Source: an uncultured Bacilli bacterium (lineage in GTDB: Bacteria; Bacillota_I; Bacilli_A; RF39; UBA660). From it: 55,608 bases of DNA. Both the position numbers and the translations under genes were made by a program. Shown piece after piece: positions 36,773-46,438 of this stretch; position 1 is the first letter of the stretch; each line of letters begins with the position of its first letter. The stretch covers positions 1 to 55,608 of the forward strand of contig CANNTX010000001.1 in assembly GCA_947522695.1 (NCBI GenBank), given 5' to 3'. Under the pieces are notes generated by a model that worked only from the letters and a program-made list of their open reading frames with translations, was not told the DNA's origin and did no database searches.

Positions 36773-38638
36773 ATGCTTGAACTTAAAAATGTAAGTAAGA
36801 AATATGATAGAGATGTTTTAAAGAAAATAAATTTGAAGTTTGGAAATAAAGGATTTATATGTTTAGTTGGTGAATCTGGTAGTGGTAAAACAACTCTTTT
36901 AAATATTATTGGTGGATTAGAACAACCGGATAGTGGAAAGGTAATTTTTAATGGAAATAATATAAAAAATATAGATAGTTCTTTTTATTGTAATCAGTTA
37001 GTTAGTTTTATTAATCAAAATTATAATTTAATTGATAAATATACTGTATTAGAAAATATTTTATTACCTATTGAACTAAGAAGAATAAGAAGTCCATGTA
37101 ATGTGGATAATATATTAAAAATGTTAGGTATTCATAGTTTAAAAAATAAAAACGTAATATCTTTAAGTGGTGGTGAAAAACAAAGAGTAGCAATTGCGAG
37201 ATGTATAGTACAAAATACGAGAGTAATTTTAGCTGATGAACCTACGGGAGCACTTGATTCGGAAAATGCTTATAGTGTAATGAGAATACTTAAGAATATA
37301 TCTAAACAAAAATTGGTTATAGTTGTTACTCATAATAGAGAATTAGCTAATACTTTTGCCGATAGTATTATTAAAATAGCTGATGGTAGAATAGATGATA
37401 AATTAAATGTTATAAATAAAAATAAATATTTCAAAATAAAATGTAATAGAAAAAATAAATTATCTTTTATAAAATTAGTTAAGTATGCAATTAAAAATTT
37501 AAATAATAAGCTATTAAGAAATATTTTAACTATTATTGCATTTACAATTGGATTATTTAGTTTGGGAACTGTATTATCAATTAAAACTGGATTTAATAAA
37601 GAATTAGATATGTTAAATAAATCATCATTTTTTAATTATCCCTTAGTTATAAGTAAAAATAATTATTTAGATAATTTTAATAGTAAAGTTGAAAATAAGA
37701 ATGGTGTTAATGTTAAAAAAGGATCATTTATTACGAATGAGATAGATGATAAATTAATTAGTTTAGTTAATAATATTGATAAAAAATATGTTAATGGGAT
37801 TACTTATTATAGAGATATTGATTATGAATTTAAAAGTATATCTTATGTTAATCCTTCAAATAATTATTTTTATTTAGTAAGTGGTAGAATGCCAGAAAAT
37901 AAGAATGAAGTATTAATATTATATGATGAAGAAGATTCAATAAGTGATAAATTATATAATTATTTAGATGTATCAAACAATGGACTTATTAATAATATTT
38001 TTAAAGTTAATGATAAGGAGTTAATAATTACTGGAATAGTTAAGTCAAATAATGACTATTTTAAATCATTAAGTGGTATTTTATATTCTAATGATTTGTT
38101 TGATAATGAAATAACAGATATTTATATTTATGCTAATAATTTAAATTCTAAAAATAAGATTAAAGATTTGCTTAAAGATTATGAGATATTTGATAATGCG
38201 GAAGAAGTTGTTAATTTGACTAAAAAAATGGTTGATGGAATAGGTTTGGTATTAATTTTATTTAGTGTAATTAGTCTTATTGTATCGATGATTATGATAT
38301 TTGTTATTTCATATATATCGGTAATGGAGAGAAATAAAGATATAGGTATATATAAAAGTATTGGATTTAGAAATAAAGATATAAAAAATTTATTTATTGT
38401 TGAAAACTTAATAATTGGTATGTGTTCTTTTTATTTAACAATGATATTTATTCTTTTAGTAGGTAATGTTATTAATAAATTTGTGTATAGTTATATTAAT
38501 TTTGAACATATTATGAGTTTAGATATATTAAATATTATTTTGTTGTTCTTTTTAAGTTTGATTTTATGTTATGTTGCAAGTTTTATTCCCGCTAAAATTG
38601 CGTCAAATAAGAAAATAGTTGACATATTTAACAATTAA
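36773..38638 (+). CDS. fused ABC ATPase plus FtsX-type permease (MacB-like)
   Basis: GESGSGKTT, LSGGEKQRVAIAR, ILADEPTGALD, then an extracytoplasmic region and a C-terminal FtsX-like 3-TM bundle. Confidence 0.85.
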   Translation: MLELKNVSKKYDRDVLKKINLKFGNKGFICLVGESGSGKTTLLNIIGGLEQPDSGKVIFNGNNIKNIDSSFYCNQLVSFINQNYNLIDKYTVLENILLPIELRRIRSPCNVDNILKMLGIHSLKNKNVISLSGGEKQRVAIARCIVQNTRVILADEPTGALDSENAYSVMRILKNISKQKLVIVVTHNRELANTFADSIIKIADGRIDDKLNVINKNKYFKIKCNRKNKLSFIKLVKYAIKNLNNKLLRNILTIIAFTIGLFSLGTVLSIKTGFNKELDMLNKSSFFNYPLVISKNNYLDNFNSKVENKNGVNVKKGSFITNEIDDKLISLVNNIDKKYVNGITYYRDIDYEFKSISYVNPSNNYFYLVSGRMPENKNEVLILYDEEDSISDKLYNYLDVSNNGLINNIFKVNDKELIITGIVKSNNDYFKSLSGILYSNDLFDNEITDIYIYANNLNSKNKIKDLLKDYEIFDNAEEVVNLTKKMVDGIGLVLILFSVISLIVSMIMIFVISYISVMERNKDIGIYKSIGFRNKDIKNLFIVENLIIGMCSFYLTMIFILLVGNVINKFVYSYINFEHIMSLDILNIILLFFLSLILCYVASFIPAKIASNKKIVDIFNN

Positions 38639-38697
38639 ATGTTTAAAGTTAAATCAAATAAAGCTATAATTTAATTATGGTAGGATGTGAATATATT

Positions 38698-39258
38698 ATG
38701 AATATACCAGTAGGAATAAGTAATAGACATGTACATTTAACTGAAGAAGTATGGAAGAAATTATTTGGTGATGAGGAGATAACTGTAAGAAATTATTTAA
38801 ATCAACCAGGACAATTTGCTAGTAATATGACAGTAGATGTTAAGGTTGGTAATGCAATAATTAATCATGTTAGAGTTGTTGGACCTTTTAGAAATTATAA
38901 TCAAATTGAAATTGATGATACTGATTCTAAAATACTAGGAGTAATTCCACCTAGAAGACAAAGTGGAGATTTAGATGATAGTTTACCAATAATAGTTATT
39001 GGTCCTAAAGGAAGTGTATCTTTAGATAAAGGATTAATTATGTCAGATGCTCATATACATATGGATCCTGAAACGGCATTTAAAATGCATTTAGTAAATA
39101 AAGAAGTTGTTGATGTATTTAAAAATGGTGTTAAACTTTTAAATGCGAAGATTAAGATTTTAGATAATTCTTATATTGAGATGCATATTGATAAAGACGA
39201 AGAAGTGTTATATGACTTACATCAAGGAGATATTGTTGAATTTCAAAAGACTTTATAA
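38698..39258 (+). CDS. pduL: phosphate propanoyl/acetyl-transferase PduL
   Basis: IPVGISNRHVHL and a second-half ...AHIHMD repeat, typical of the two-domain PduL; ~186 aa. Confidence 0.85.
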   Translation: MNIPVGISNRHVHLTEEVWKKLFGDEEITVRNYLNQPGQFASNMTVDVKVGNAIINHVRVVGPFRNYNQIEIDDTDSKILGVIPPRRQSGDLDDSLPIIVIGPKGSVSLDKGLIMSDAHIHMDPETAFKMHLVNKEVVDVFKNGVKLLNAKIKILDNSYIEMHIDKDEEVLYDLHQGDIVEFQKTL

Positions 39259-39281
39259 TATTATAGTGTAGTGATGTTTTT

Positions 39282-40262
39282 ATGAAGTGGAAAATTGGTA
39301 ATGTTGAAATTAAAAATCAGGTAGTACTTGCACCAATGGCAGGTATAAGTAATACAGCTTATCGACAAATAATTAAGGAAATGGGAGCAGGACTTATATT
39401 TGCAGAAATGGTTAGTGATAAGGCTTTAGTATATGGTAGTGAAAAAACATTCGATTTGTTAAAAATGAGTGATATGGAACGACCAATTGCTCAACAAATT
39501 TTTGGAAGTGATGTAGATTCTTTTGTTAAAGCGGCTAAATTAGTTGAGGATAAAATGCATCCTGATATTATAGATATTAATATGGGCTGTCCTGTACCTA
39601 AAGTGGCTATTAAATCACAAGCTGGAAGTGCACTTCTTAAAAATCCTGCAAAGATTAAAGAAATAGTTAGTGCAGTGGTTAAAGCAGTAAGTGTTCCGGT
39701 AACTGTTAAAATTCGTAGTGGATGGGATGCAAATAGTGTTAATGCAGTAGAAGTTGCTAAAGTTATTGAGGAAGCAGGGGCTAGCGCTATAACAGTACAT
39801 GGAAGAACTAGAGCACAAGGATATAGTGGAAATGCTGATTGGAATATAATAAAACAAGTTAAAGAAATGGTAAACATCCCTGTTATTGGTAATGGAGATG
39901 TTACAAGTGCTGAAAAAGCAAAAGAGATGTTAGATTTTACTGGATGCGATGCAGTTATGATAGGTAGAGGTGTACTTGGAAATCCCTGGCTTATTAATGA
40001 ATGCGTATCATATTTAGAGTCAGGAATTATTCCACCTAAACCAAGTGCAAGAGAAAAAATAGAAATGCTTAAAAGACATTATCAATTATTAGTAGATTCT
40101 ACTTCAGAAAAACAGGCAATACTTGAAATTAGAACACATGCATTATGGTATATTAAAGGAATGCCAAAAAGTGCGTATATAAAAAATGAAATTTGTAAAA
40201 CTAAAAATAGTGAAGATTTATTTAAAATCTTAAATGATTATTTGGGTGATTTAGATGATTAA
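39282..40262 (+). CDS. dusB: tRNA-dihydrouridine synthase
   Basis: VLAPMAGISNTAYRQI, DINMGCP, VTVKIRSGWD, ITVHGRTRAQGYSG. Confidence 0.95.
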   Translation: MKWKIGNVEIKNQVVLAPMAGISNTAYRQIIKEMGAGLIFAEMVSDKALVYGSEKTFDLLKMSDMERPIAQQIFGSDVDSFVKAAKLVEDKMHPDIIDINMGCPVPKVAIKSQAGSALLKNPAKIKEIVSAVVKAVSVPVTVKIRSGWDANSVNAVEVAKVIEEAGASAITVHGRTRAQGYSGNADWNIIKQVKEMVNIPVIGNGDVTSAEKAKEMLDFTGCDAVMIGRGVLGNPWLINECVSYLESGIIPPKPSAREKIEMLKRHYQLLVDSTSEKQAILEIRTHALWYIKGMPKSAYIKNEICKTKNSEDLFKILNDYLGDLDD

Positions 40263-40638
40263 AAATATTTTTAGTAAACAATATTTAAAATACTGTATTG
40301 TTGGAACTATTGGTGGAATTATTGAACTAGCTTTATTTTATCTTTTAAATGATATAATGCATATTAATTACTTAGTTGCTAATGTTATAACTTTTATTGT
40401 AACTGTTACTATTTTATATTTTTTAAATAAAAAGTTTGTGTATAAAGCTGAAAATATGGATAATGTGGGATTTATAATGTTTTTTGTCAGTAGAATAGCA
40501 GGACTTGTTATAGATAGTATTGTATTAACTGCTTGTTTAAAAATATTTATGTTTCCTAGTTTAATTTCAAAGTTTATTTCGTCATCTTCTACTACTTATA
40601 TAAACTATTGTGTTGGAAAATTTATATTCAATAATTAA
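40255..40638 (+). CDS. GtrA-family small membrane protein
   Basis: 127 aa, 4 TM segments, YLKYCIVGTIGGIIELALFYLL; overlaps the dusB stop by 8 nt. Confidence 0.8.
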   Translation: MIKNIFSKQYLKYCIVGTIGGIIELALFYLLNDIMHINYLVANVITFIVTVTILYFLNKKFVYKAENMDNVGFIMFFVSRIAGLVIDSIVLTACLKIFMFPSLISKFISSSSTTYINYCVGKFIFNN

Positions 40639-40873
40639 TTTTATAATTACATTTTTAATATTTTTCTTTACTGTTTTCTTTGTTTTATTTAATTATTGAT
40701 AATTCATTTTTAACCAATACTCACCTTATTAACTTTTTTATGTTTTATTAATATGATTTGTTTTTCATAATCCATTCATTTTTTTAGTTTTACCCGTCTA
40801 ATAAATGAAATAATTAGAGATTGAATTATGTTTAATAATAGTCTATAATTAAGATAGGATATGGAGGATAAAA

Positions 40874-41563
40874 ATGGATAAAGATGATACTAAAAAAGTA
40901 GTTAAAAAGAGTACTAGAACTAAAAAAGATACTTCTAAAAAAATTAATGAATTAAATGAAACAGTTAAGAAAACAGTAAAGAGTGATATTGATAATGTAG
41001 TTAAAGAAATTAAAGAAACTGCAATTAAAGAAGTAGAAGATTTAACAAATAAACAAAAATGTAAGTTCTGTGGTAAATATTTTGATAAGGGAATGACTAT
41101 ATGTCCTAATTGTCGTAGAAGAAATAAACGTTCTTCTGGTGACTTTATATTTTTTGCGGTGCTTGCCATTGTATTCTTATTTTGTATTTTAATTTTTTAC
41201 TTTATTGATACTAAGGTAATTAATAAAGAAACTTATGAATCTTATACACAAAAATGTGTATTAGTTAGTTATGAAGATTTAGTTAGAGTTCCTAAAAAAT
41301 ATTTGTATAGTGATGTAACCTTAGTTGGTAAAGTTGTTGAAGTAACAGGAACTAATGATGGCTTATATAATTCTATGAATATTGTATTAGATTTAAATTT
41401 ATTTGATGATGGTTATGAAAGCCTTGTAAATGTTGAATTTAATGATAGTTCTTTTGAAAAAGGATTTATAAATGGTGATATAGTTAAAGTTTATGGAGAA
41501 TATTCAATTATAAATGGAAATACGCCTACAATTCAGGCAAAATATATAAATTTAAATAATTAA
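40874..41563 (+). CDS. zinc-ribbon membrane protein (Lys-rich N-terminus, CxxC-x11-CxxC, one TM, extracytoplasmic domain)
   Basis: GGAGGA RBS; CKFCGKYFDKGMTICPNCRRRN; TM FIFFAVLAIVFLFCILIFYFI. Confidence 0.7.
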   Translation: MDKDDTKKVVKKSTRTKKDTSKKINELNETVKKTVKSDIDNVVKEIKETAIKEVEDLTNKQKCKFCGKYFDKGMTICPNCRRRNKRSSGDFIFFAVLAIVFLFCILIFYFIDTKVINKETYESYTQKCVLVSYEDLVRVPKKYLYSDVTLVGKVVEVTGTNDGLYNSMNIVLDLNLFDDGYESLVNVEFNDSSFEKGFINGDIVKVYGEYSIINGNTPTIQAKYINLNN

Positions 41564-41578
41564 TTTAATTAACAAATT

Positions 41579-41603
41579 GATCATGTGTAAATATGATCTT
41601 TTT
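41579..41603 (+). terminator. rho-independent terminator
   Basis: GATCAT-GTGTAAAT-ATGATC followed by T5. Confidence 0.55.
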
Positions 41604-41659
41604 AATTGTTTAATTTTTAATTTTTGTGGTAAAATACTACTGAAATGAAGTGATGTAAT

Positions 41660-44473
41660 ATGGATAAAATTATAATTAAAGGTGCTAGAGAAAATAATTT
41701 AAAAAATATTGATTTAGAATTACCTAAGAATAAATTAATTGTTATGACTGGTGTATCAGGTTCAGGAAAAAGTAGTCTTGCTTTTGATACTATTTATGCT
41801 GAAGGGGAAAGAAGATATATTGAATCTTTAAGTGCGTATGCAAGACAGTTTTTGGGCGGATCTGATAAACCGGATGTAGACTCTATTGAAGGATTATCTC
41901 CTAGTATTTCAATTGATCAAAAAACAACTAATAATAATCCAAGAAGTACAGTTGGAACTGTAACAGAGATATATGATTATTTAAGATTGTTGTTTGCAAG
42001 AGTAGGAACTCCATATTGTCCTAATCATCACGTTCCAATTACTAGTCAAAGTATTGAAGAAATGACTAATAAGATTTTAGCAATGGATGAAGGCACTAAG
42101 TTAGAAATACTTGCTCCTATTGTTCATGGCGAAAAAGGTACTCATCAAGATTTGTTTGATGATTTAAGAAAAAAAGGATTTACTAGAGTAAGAGTTAATG
42201 GAGAAATGCATGACTTATCAGAAAATATAGTATTAGAAAAAAATAAGAAAGATAATATTTATTTGGTAGTTGATCGTATTGTTGTTAATCCGGATGAAAG
42301 AAGTCGTATATTTGAAGCAATTGAACTTAGTACAAAGATGGCTAATGGTAAGGTTTTAATTCATGTAATTGATGGTGAAGAATTTATAATGAGTGAACAT
42401 TATGCTTGCCCTGAGTGTAACTTTAGTTTACCAGAATTAGAACCTAGATTATTCTCATTTAATGCCCCATATGGAGCTTGCCCTGAATGTAAAGGTTTAG
42501 GTGTTAAACAAAATATTAGTGTTGATTTACTTATTCCTGATAAAGATAAATCAGTATATGAGGGAGCAATTAAAGGATTTAGTTTAGATCAAAATATAGC
42601 TCTTACAGAACTTGAGACAGTATGTAAACATTATAATATTGATTTAAATAAGAAAATATCTGAACTTAGTAAAAAAGAATTAGATATAATTTTATATGGA
42701 AGTAATGAATTATTTGATTTTGAATATGTAAGTAAGAATGGTAATAAGAGATATGTTACCGATACTTATGAGGGAATTGCTAATAATTTCCAAAGAAGAT
42801 ATATGGAAACGTCTAGCAAGTGGATAAGGGATTGGCTTAGTTCATATATGGTTGATTTACCTTGTAAGAAATGTCATGGTGCTAGATTATCTGATGATGT
42901 TTTAGCGGTTAAGATTAATGGTTTAAGTATTTATGAAGTGTGTTTGAAAAGTATTAGAGATTTAATAGAATTTTTTGATAATTTAAAACTTACTAAAGAA
43001 CAAGAAAATATTGCTAGTTTAATTGTTAAAGAAATTCAAAATAGATTAAGCTTTTTAAATAATGTTGGACTTGGTTATTTAACTTTAGCTAGAGAAGCAA
43101 GCACATTATCTGGTGGTGAATCACAAAGAATTCGTTTAGCTACTCAAATTGGTAGTAAATTAACTGGTGTTTTATATGTTTTAGATGAGCCAAGTATTGG
43201 TTTACATCAAAGAGATAATGATAAATTAATTAATTCTTTAAAAGAGATGAGAGACCTTGGGAATACTTTAATTGTTGTTGAACATGATGAAGATACAATG
43301 AGAGCTGCTGATTATTTGGTTGATATTGGACCAGGACCTGGTGATCAAGGTGGAGAAGTTGTTGCAGCTGGTACTCCTGAAGAGGTAATGCGAAATAAGA
43401 ATAGTTTAACTGGAAAATATTTAACTGGCGAATTAAAAATAGATGTTCCTAAAAAACGTAGAAAAGGAAATGGAAAATTTATTGAAATAAAGGGTGCTAG
43501 TCAAAATAATTTAAAAAATATAAATGTTAAATTTCCACTTGGAACTATGACTTTGGTTACGGGTGTATCTGGATCGGGAAAATCAAGTTTGGTTACGGAA
43601 ACGCTTGTTAGAGCACTAAGAGCTAAAGTTTATGGAACAATGGTAATACCAGGGAAAAATAAGGGTATTAAGGGACTTGAAAACGTTGATAAAGTTGTTG
43701 ATATTTCTCAAGAACCAATAGGTAGAACTCCTAGAAGTAATCCAGCAACTTATGTTGGGGTATTTGATGATATTCGTGATTTATTTGCTGAGATGAAAGA
43801 ATCTAAAATGAAAGGCTATGATAAGGGTAGATTTTCATTCAATGTTAAAGGTGGTAGATGCGAGGCTTGTCAAGGTGATGGTATTAAGAAAATTGAGATG
43901 CATTTTTTACCAGATGTTTATGTTCCTTGTGATGTATGTCATGGTACTAGATATAATCGTGAGACTTTAGACGTTAAATTCAAAGGAAAAAATATTGCAG
44001 AAGTGCTTGATATGAGAGTTAGTGAAGCTATTGAATTCTTTGATAGTGTACCTAAGATTAAAAATAAGTTACAAACTATGATAGATGTAGGACTTCCTTA
44101 TATTAAACTTGGACAAAGTGCACCAACTTTATCAGGTGGAGAAGCAGCACGTGTTAAACTAGCAAAAGAATTACAAAAGAAACCAACTGGTAAGAGTGTA
44201 TTTATTTTAGATGAACCTACGACCGGTTTACATACTGATGATATTAAGAAATTACTTGTTGTTTTAGAACGTATTGTTGATAATGGAGATACAGTTATTA
44301 TTATTGAACATAATTTAGATGTAATTAAATGTGCGGATTATATTATTGATATTGGTCCAAATGGTGGTGATGATGGTGGAAGGGTTATTGCTAAAGGAAC
44401 ACCAGAAGAAATTGTTAAAGTTAAAGAATCATTTACTGGTCAGTATTTAAATTCTAAATTAGAGGAAAAGTAA
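41660..44473 (+). CDS. uvrA: excinuclease ABC subunit A
   Basis: 937 aa; two ABC modules (GVSGSGKSSL twice, LSGGESQR / LSGGEAAR); zinc fingers CPECNF...CPECKG and CEACQGDG...CDVCHG. Confidence 0.98.
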   Translation: MDKIIIKGARENNLKNIDLELPKNKLIVMTGVSGSGKSSLAFDTIYAEGERRYIESLSAYARQFLGGSDKPDVDSIEGLSPSISIDQKTTNNNPRSTVGTVTEIYDYLRLLFARVGTPYCPNHHVPITSQSIEEMTNKILAMDEGTKLEILAPIVHGEKGTHQDLFDDLRKKGFTRVRVNGEMHDLSENIVLEKNKKDNIYLVVDRIVVNPDERSRIFEAIELSTKMANGKVLIHVIDGEEFIMSEHYACPECNFSLPELEPRLFSFNAPYGACPECKGLGVKQNISVDLLIPDKDKSVYEGAIKGFSLDQNIALTELETVCKHYNIDLNKKISELSKKELDIILYGSNELFDFEYVSKNGNKRYVTDTYEGIANNFQRRYMETSSKWIRDWLSSYMVDLPCKKCHGARLSDDVLAVKINGLSIYEVCLKSIRDLIEFFDNLKLTKEQENIASLIVKEIQNRLSFLNNVGLGYLTLAREASTLSGGESQRIRLATQIGSKLTGVLYVLDEPSIGLHQRDNDKLINSLKEMRDLGNTLIVVEHDEDTMRAADYLVDIGPGPGDQGGEVVAAGTPEEVMRNKNSLTGKYLTGELKIDVPKKRRKGNGKFIEIKGASQNNLKNINVKFPLGTMTLVTGVSGSGKSSLVTETLVRALRAKVYGTMVIPGKNKGIKGLENVDKVVDISQEPIGRTPRSNPATYVGVFDDIRDLFAEMKESKMKGYDKGRFSFNVKGGRCEACQGDGIKKIEMHFLPDVYVPCDVCHGTRYNRETLDVKFKGKNIAEVLDMRVSEAIEFFDSVPKIKNKLQTMIDVGLPYIKLGQSAPTLSGGEAARVKLAKELQKKPTGKSVFILDEPTTGLHTDDIKKLLVVLERIVDNGDTVIIIEHNLDVIKCADYIIDIGPNGGDDGGRVIAKGTPEEIVKVKESFTGQYLNSKLEEK

Positions 44474-44709
44474 GCATTAAGTTGTTTGTTTATATACATA
44501 TATCTTGTCAAAATATTAAATTTCGGGCTAAAAAAGTTGTCAAAACGTTAAAATATATTAAAATGTCTGTAAAATAGGCTTTTTTCAATTATATATTTTA
44601 AATATAGGTTTTAATATTTAATTATTGAAATTTTTCAAATTGATAATTAATAAGTTAGAGATTTTTAACTAAAATTTTGATACTATGTTTATAGAGGTGA
44701 ATGCGTGTT

Positions 44710-45117
44710 ATGAATAAGATAAATTTCATATTTATATTTGTTTTTATTTTAATAATTAGTGTTGGTTGTTCTAACAGTAAAATAAATGTAGAAAATAGTT
44801 CAAGTAATGAAGATAATGGTCAAGTAACGCATGATGAATTAAAAGCAGAATTTATAGGTTATGCAAATCAATTTGTGTTACGTGCTACTTATGTTTTTGA
44901 GAATGATAAAGCAATTGCATGTTATATGGAAACAGAATCAAATAATGAATTATATCTTAAACAAATTGATCCTTCATTAGAAAAAAATTATAGACGTGAG
45001 GGAAATATAGCATATTATGAGTGGAGTGATGAGTATTTTGAGCAAAAGGGAAAAGGTTGTTCAAAAAAAGTAATAGAAAAATTTTTAAAAGATTCTGGAT
45101 ATAAAATTATTGAATAA
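44710..45117 (+). CDS. hypothetical lipoprotein
   Basis: Lipobox IISVGCS. ATG 44710 has better spacing from the GAGGTG RBS than the track start 44701. Confidence 0.7.
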   Translation: MNKINFIFIFVFILIISVGCSNSKINVENSSSNEDNGQVTHDELKAEFIGYANQFVLRATYVFENDKAIACYMETESNNELYLKQIDPSLEKNYRREGNIAYYEWSDEYFEQKGKGCSKKVIEKFLKDSGYKIIE

Positions 45118-45155
45118 TAAAACTTGGTAAGTGGAGAGTAATTAAATAAAAGTTC

Positions 45156-45184
45156 TTGAAATATGAAATTTTAAATGATAGAAT
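45156..45184 (+). promoter_or_regulatory. sigma-70-type promoter of the pheST leader
   Basis: TTGAAA, 17-nt spacer, TAGAAT, with an extended -10 TG at 45176-45177. Confidence 0.55.
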
Positions 45185-45190
45185 AGTTTT

Positions 45191-45405
45191 TGTAATGCGA
45201 TGAGTATATATAAGTAGTTAGTTATGGATTTAAAGAGAGTAGATATAAAAGCTGAGATTATCTATAAATATAAGTAATTAATGAATTTCAGTATAGGAGC
45301 GTTAATCGTTTAGGGCGTTAACCTATTAAAGTGTATGAATAAAGTTCATAAACTAAGGTGGTACCGTGCAGTAACTTGCACCCTTAGATTAGTGGACTTT
45401 TTATT
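45191..45405 (+). promoter_or_regulatory. T-box riboswitch leader, Phe-specific
   Basis: Conserved T-box sequence AAACTAAGGTGGTACCGTG at 45350-45368. AGAGAG and GCTGAGA stem-I elements. Candidate specifier UUC (45287-45289) followed by A. Antiterminator arms CTAAGG/CCTTAG with a UGGUACC bulge. U-run before pheS. Confidence 0.85.
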
Positions 45406-45420
45406 TTGGAGGGAAAAGTT

Positions 45421-46428
45421 ATGAAGGAAAAATTAGATTTACTTGTTAAGAATGCGGAAGAAAAAGCTAAAGAAATTAAAACTGAGGCAGATTATTTAAA
45501 TATTAAGTCTTTATTTTTAGGTAAGAAAAGTGAACTAAGTGAGTATATGGCTGGTATTAAAGATATGTCTTTAGAAGAAAAGAAAGAATATGGACCATTA
45601 TTTAATAAAGTAAAGAAACAATTAGAAGAACTATTTAGTAATAGTTTAGATAATGCTTTAAATGGTGATAGTGATAAGTTTGATCCAACTATTAATAGAG
45701 ATGTTACTTATGGTTCTTTACATCCTGTTACAATTATTGGTAGAGAAGTTACTGATATTTTAAAAAATATGGGATTTATGGTTATGGCTGGTCCGGAAAT
45801 GGATAGTGAATATTATAACTTTGAGGCTTTAAATATTCCTAAAACACATCCTGCAAGGGATATGCAAGATACTTATTATTTAGATAATGGTATGCTTCTT
45901 AGAACTCAGACTAGTGCTGTACAAGTAAGAGGTATGAAAAAATATGGAGCACCTTTAAAAGTATGTGTACCAGGAAGATGCTTTAGAAATGAAGATTTAG
46001 ATGCTTGTCATGAGAATACTTTTTTCCAATTAGAAGGTATGGTTATTGATGAAAATATATCAATACCTAATTTAATTTATACTATGGAAGGTATGCTTAA
46101 AGAAGTATTTAAAAAGGATGTTAAGGTTAGATTAAGACCGGGATATTTCCCATTTACTGAACCGGGATTTGAATTAGATTGCTCATGTACTATTTGTGAT
46201 GGTAAAGGTTGTCCTACTTGTAAGAATTCTGGATGGCTTGAGTTATGCCCTTGTGGTATGATTCATCCAAATGTATTAAAAGAAGGCGGAATTGATAGTA
46301 CAAAATATTCAGGTTTTGCTTTTGGACTTGGTTTAACTAGACTTGCAATGATGAAATATAAAATTAGTGATATAAGAGTTTTAAATTCAGGTGATTTAAG
46401 ATACTTAGAAAAATTTAATGTAAAGTAG
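45421..46428 (+). CDS. pheS: phenylalanine--tRNA ligase alpha subunit
   Basis: HPARDMQDTYY, GRCFRNEDLDACHENTFFQLEG, FGLGLTRLAMM. ATG 45421 follows a GGAGGG RBS (track TTG 45406). Confidence 0.97.
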   Translation: MKEKLDLLVKNAEEKAKEIKTEADYLNIKSLFLGKKSELSEYMAGIKDMSLEEKKEYGPLFNKVKKQLEELFSNSLDNALNGDSDKFDPTINRDVTYGSLHPVTIIGREVTDILKNMGFMVMAGPEMDSEYYNFEALNIPKTHPARDMQDTYYLDNGMLLRTQTSAVQVRGMKKYGAPLKVCVPGRCFRNEDLDACHENTFFQLEGMVIDENISIPNLIYTMEGMLKEVFKKDVKVRLRPGYFPFTEPGFELDCSCTICDGKGCPTCKNSGWLELCPCGMIHPNVLKEGGIDSTKYSGFAFGLGLTRLAMMKYKISDIRVLNSGDLRYLEKFNVK

Positions 46429-46438
46429 GTGTTTAATA

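Noticed and set aside
38698-39258. PduL as a marker of a bacterial microcompartment locus
   Set aside because: There are no shell-protein, pdu or eut genes anywhere in the window. It is treated as a stand-alone phosphotransacylase.
39491-39877. 128-aa and 80-aa minus-strand ORFs inside dusB
   Set aside because: They are antisense to a conserved gene in its locally GC-richer part. The Ala/Leu/Thr-rich translation is typical of reverse-frame artefacts.
40849-41169. 106-aa minus-strand ORF opposite the zinc-ribbon protein gene
   Set aside because: It is antisense to a gene with a strong GGAGGA RBS, and the repetitive Leu/Ser/Phe translation mirrors the Lys/Glu-rich sense frame.
41660-44473. 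uvrA without an adjacent uvrB
   Set aside because: Gene order varies among lineages, and uvrB may simply be elsewhere. This is not informative from one window.
44510-44580. Duplicated TTGTCAAAA-N2-TTAAA motif downstream of uvrA
   Set aside because: The second copy fits a plain promoter (TTGTCA-16-TAAAAT) for the downstream lipoprotein gene. Two short AT-rich copies are weak evidence for an operator.
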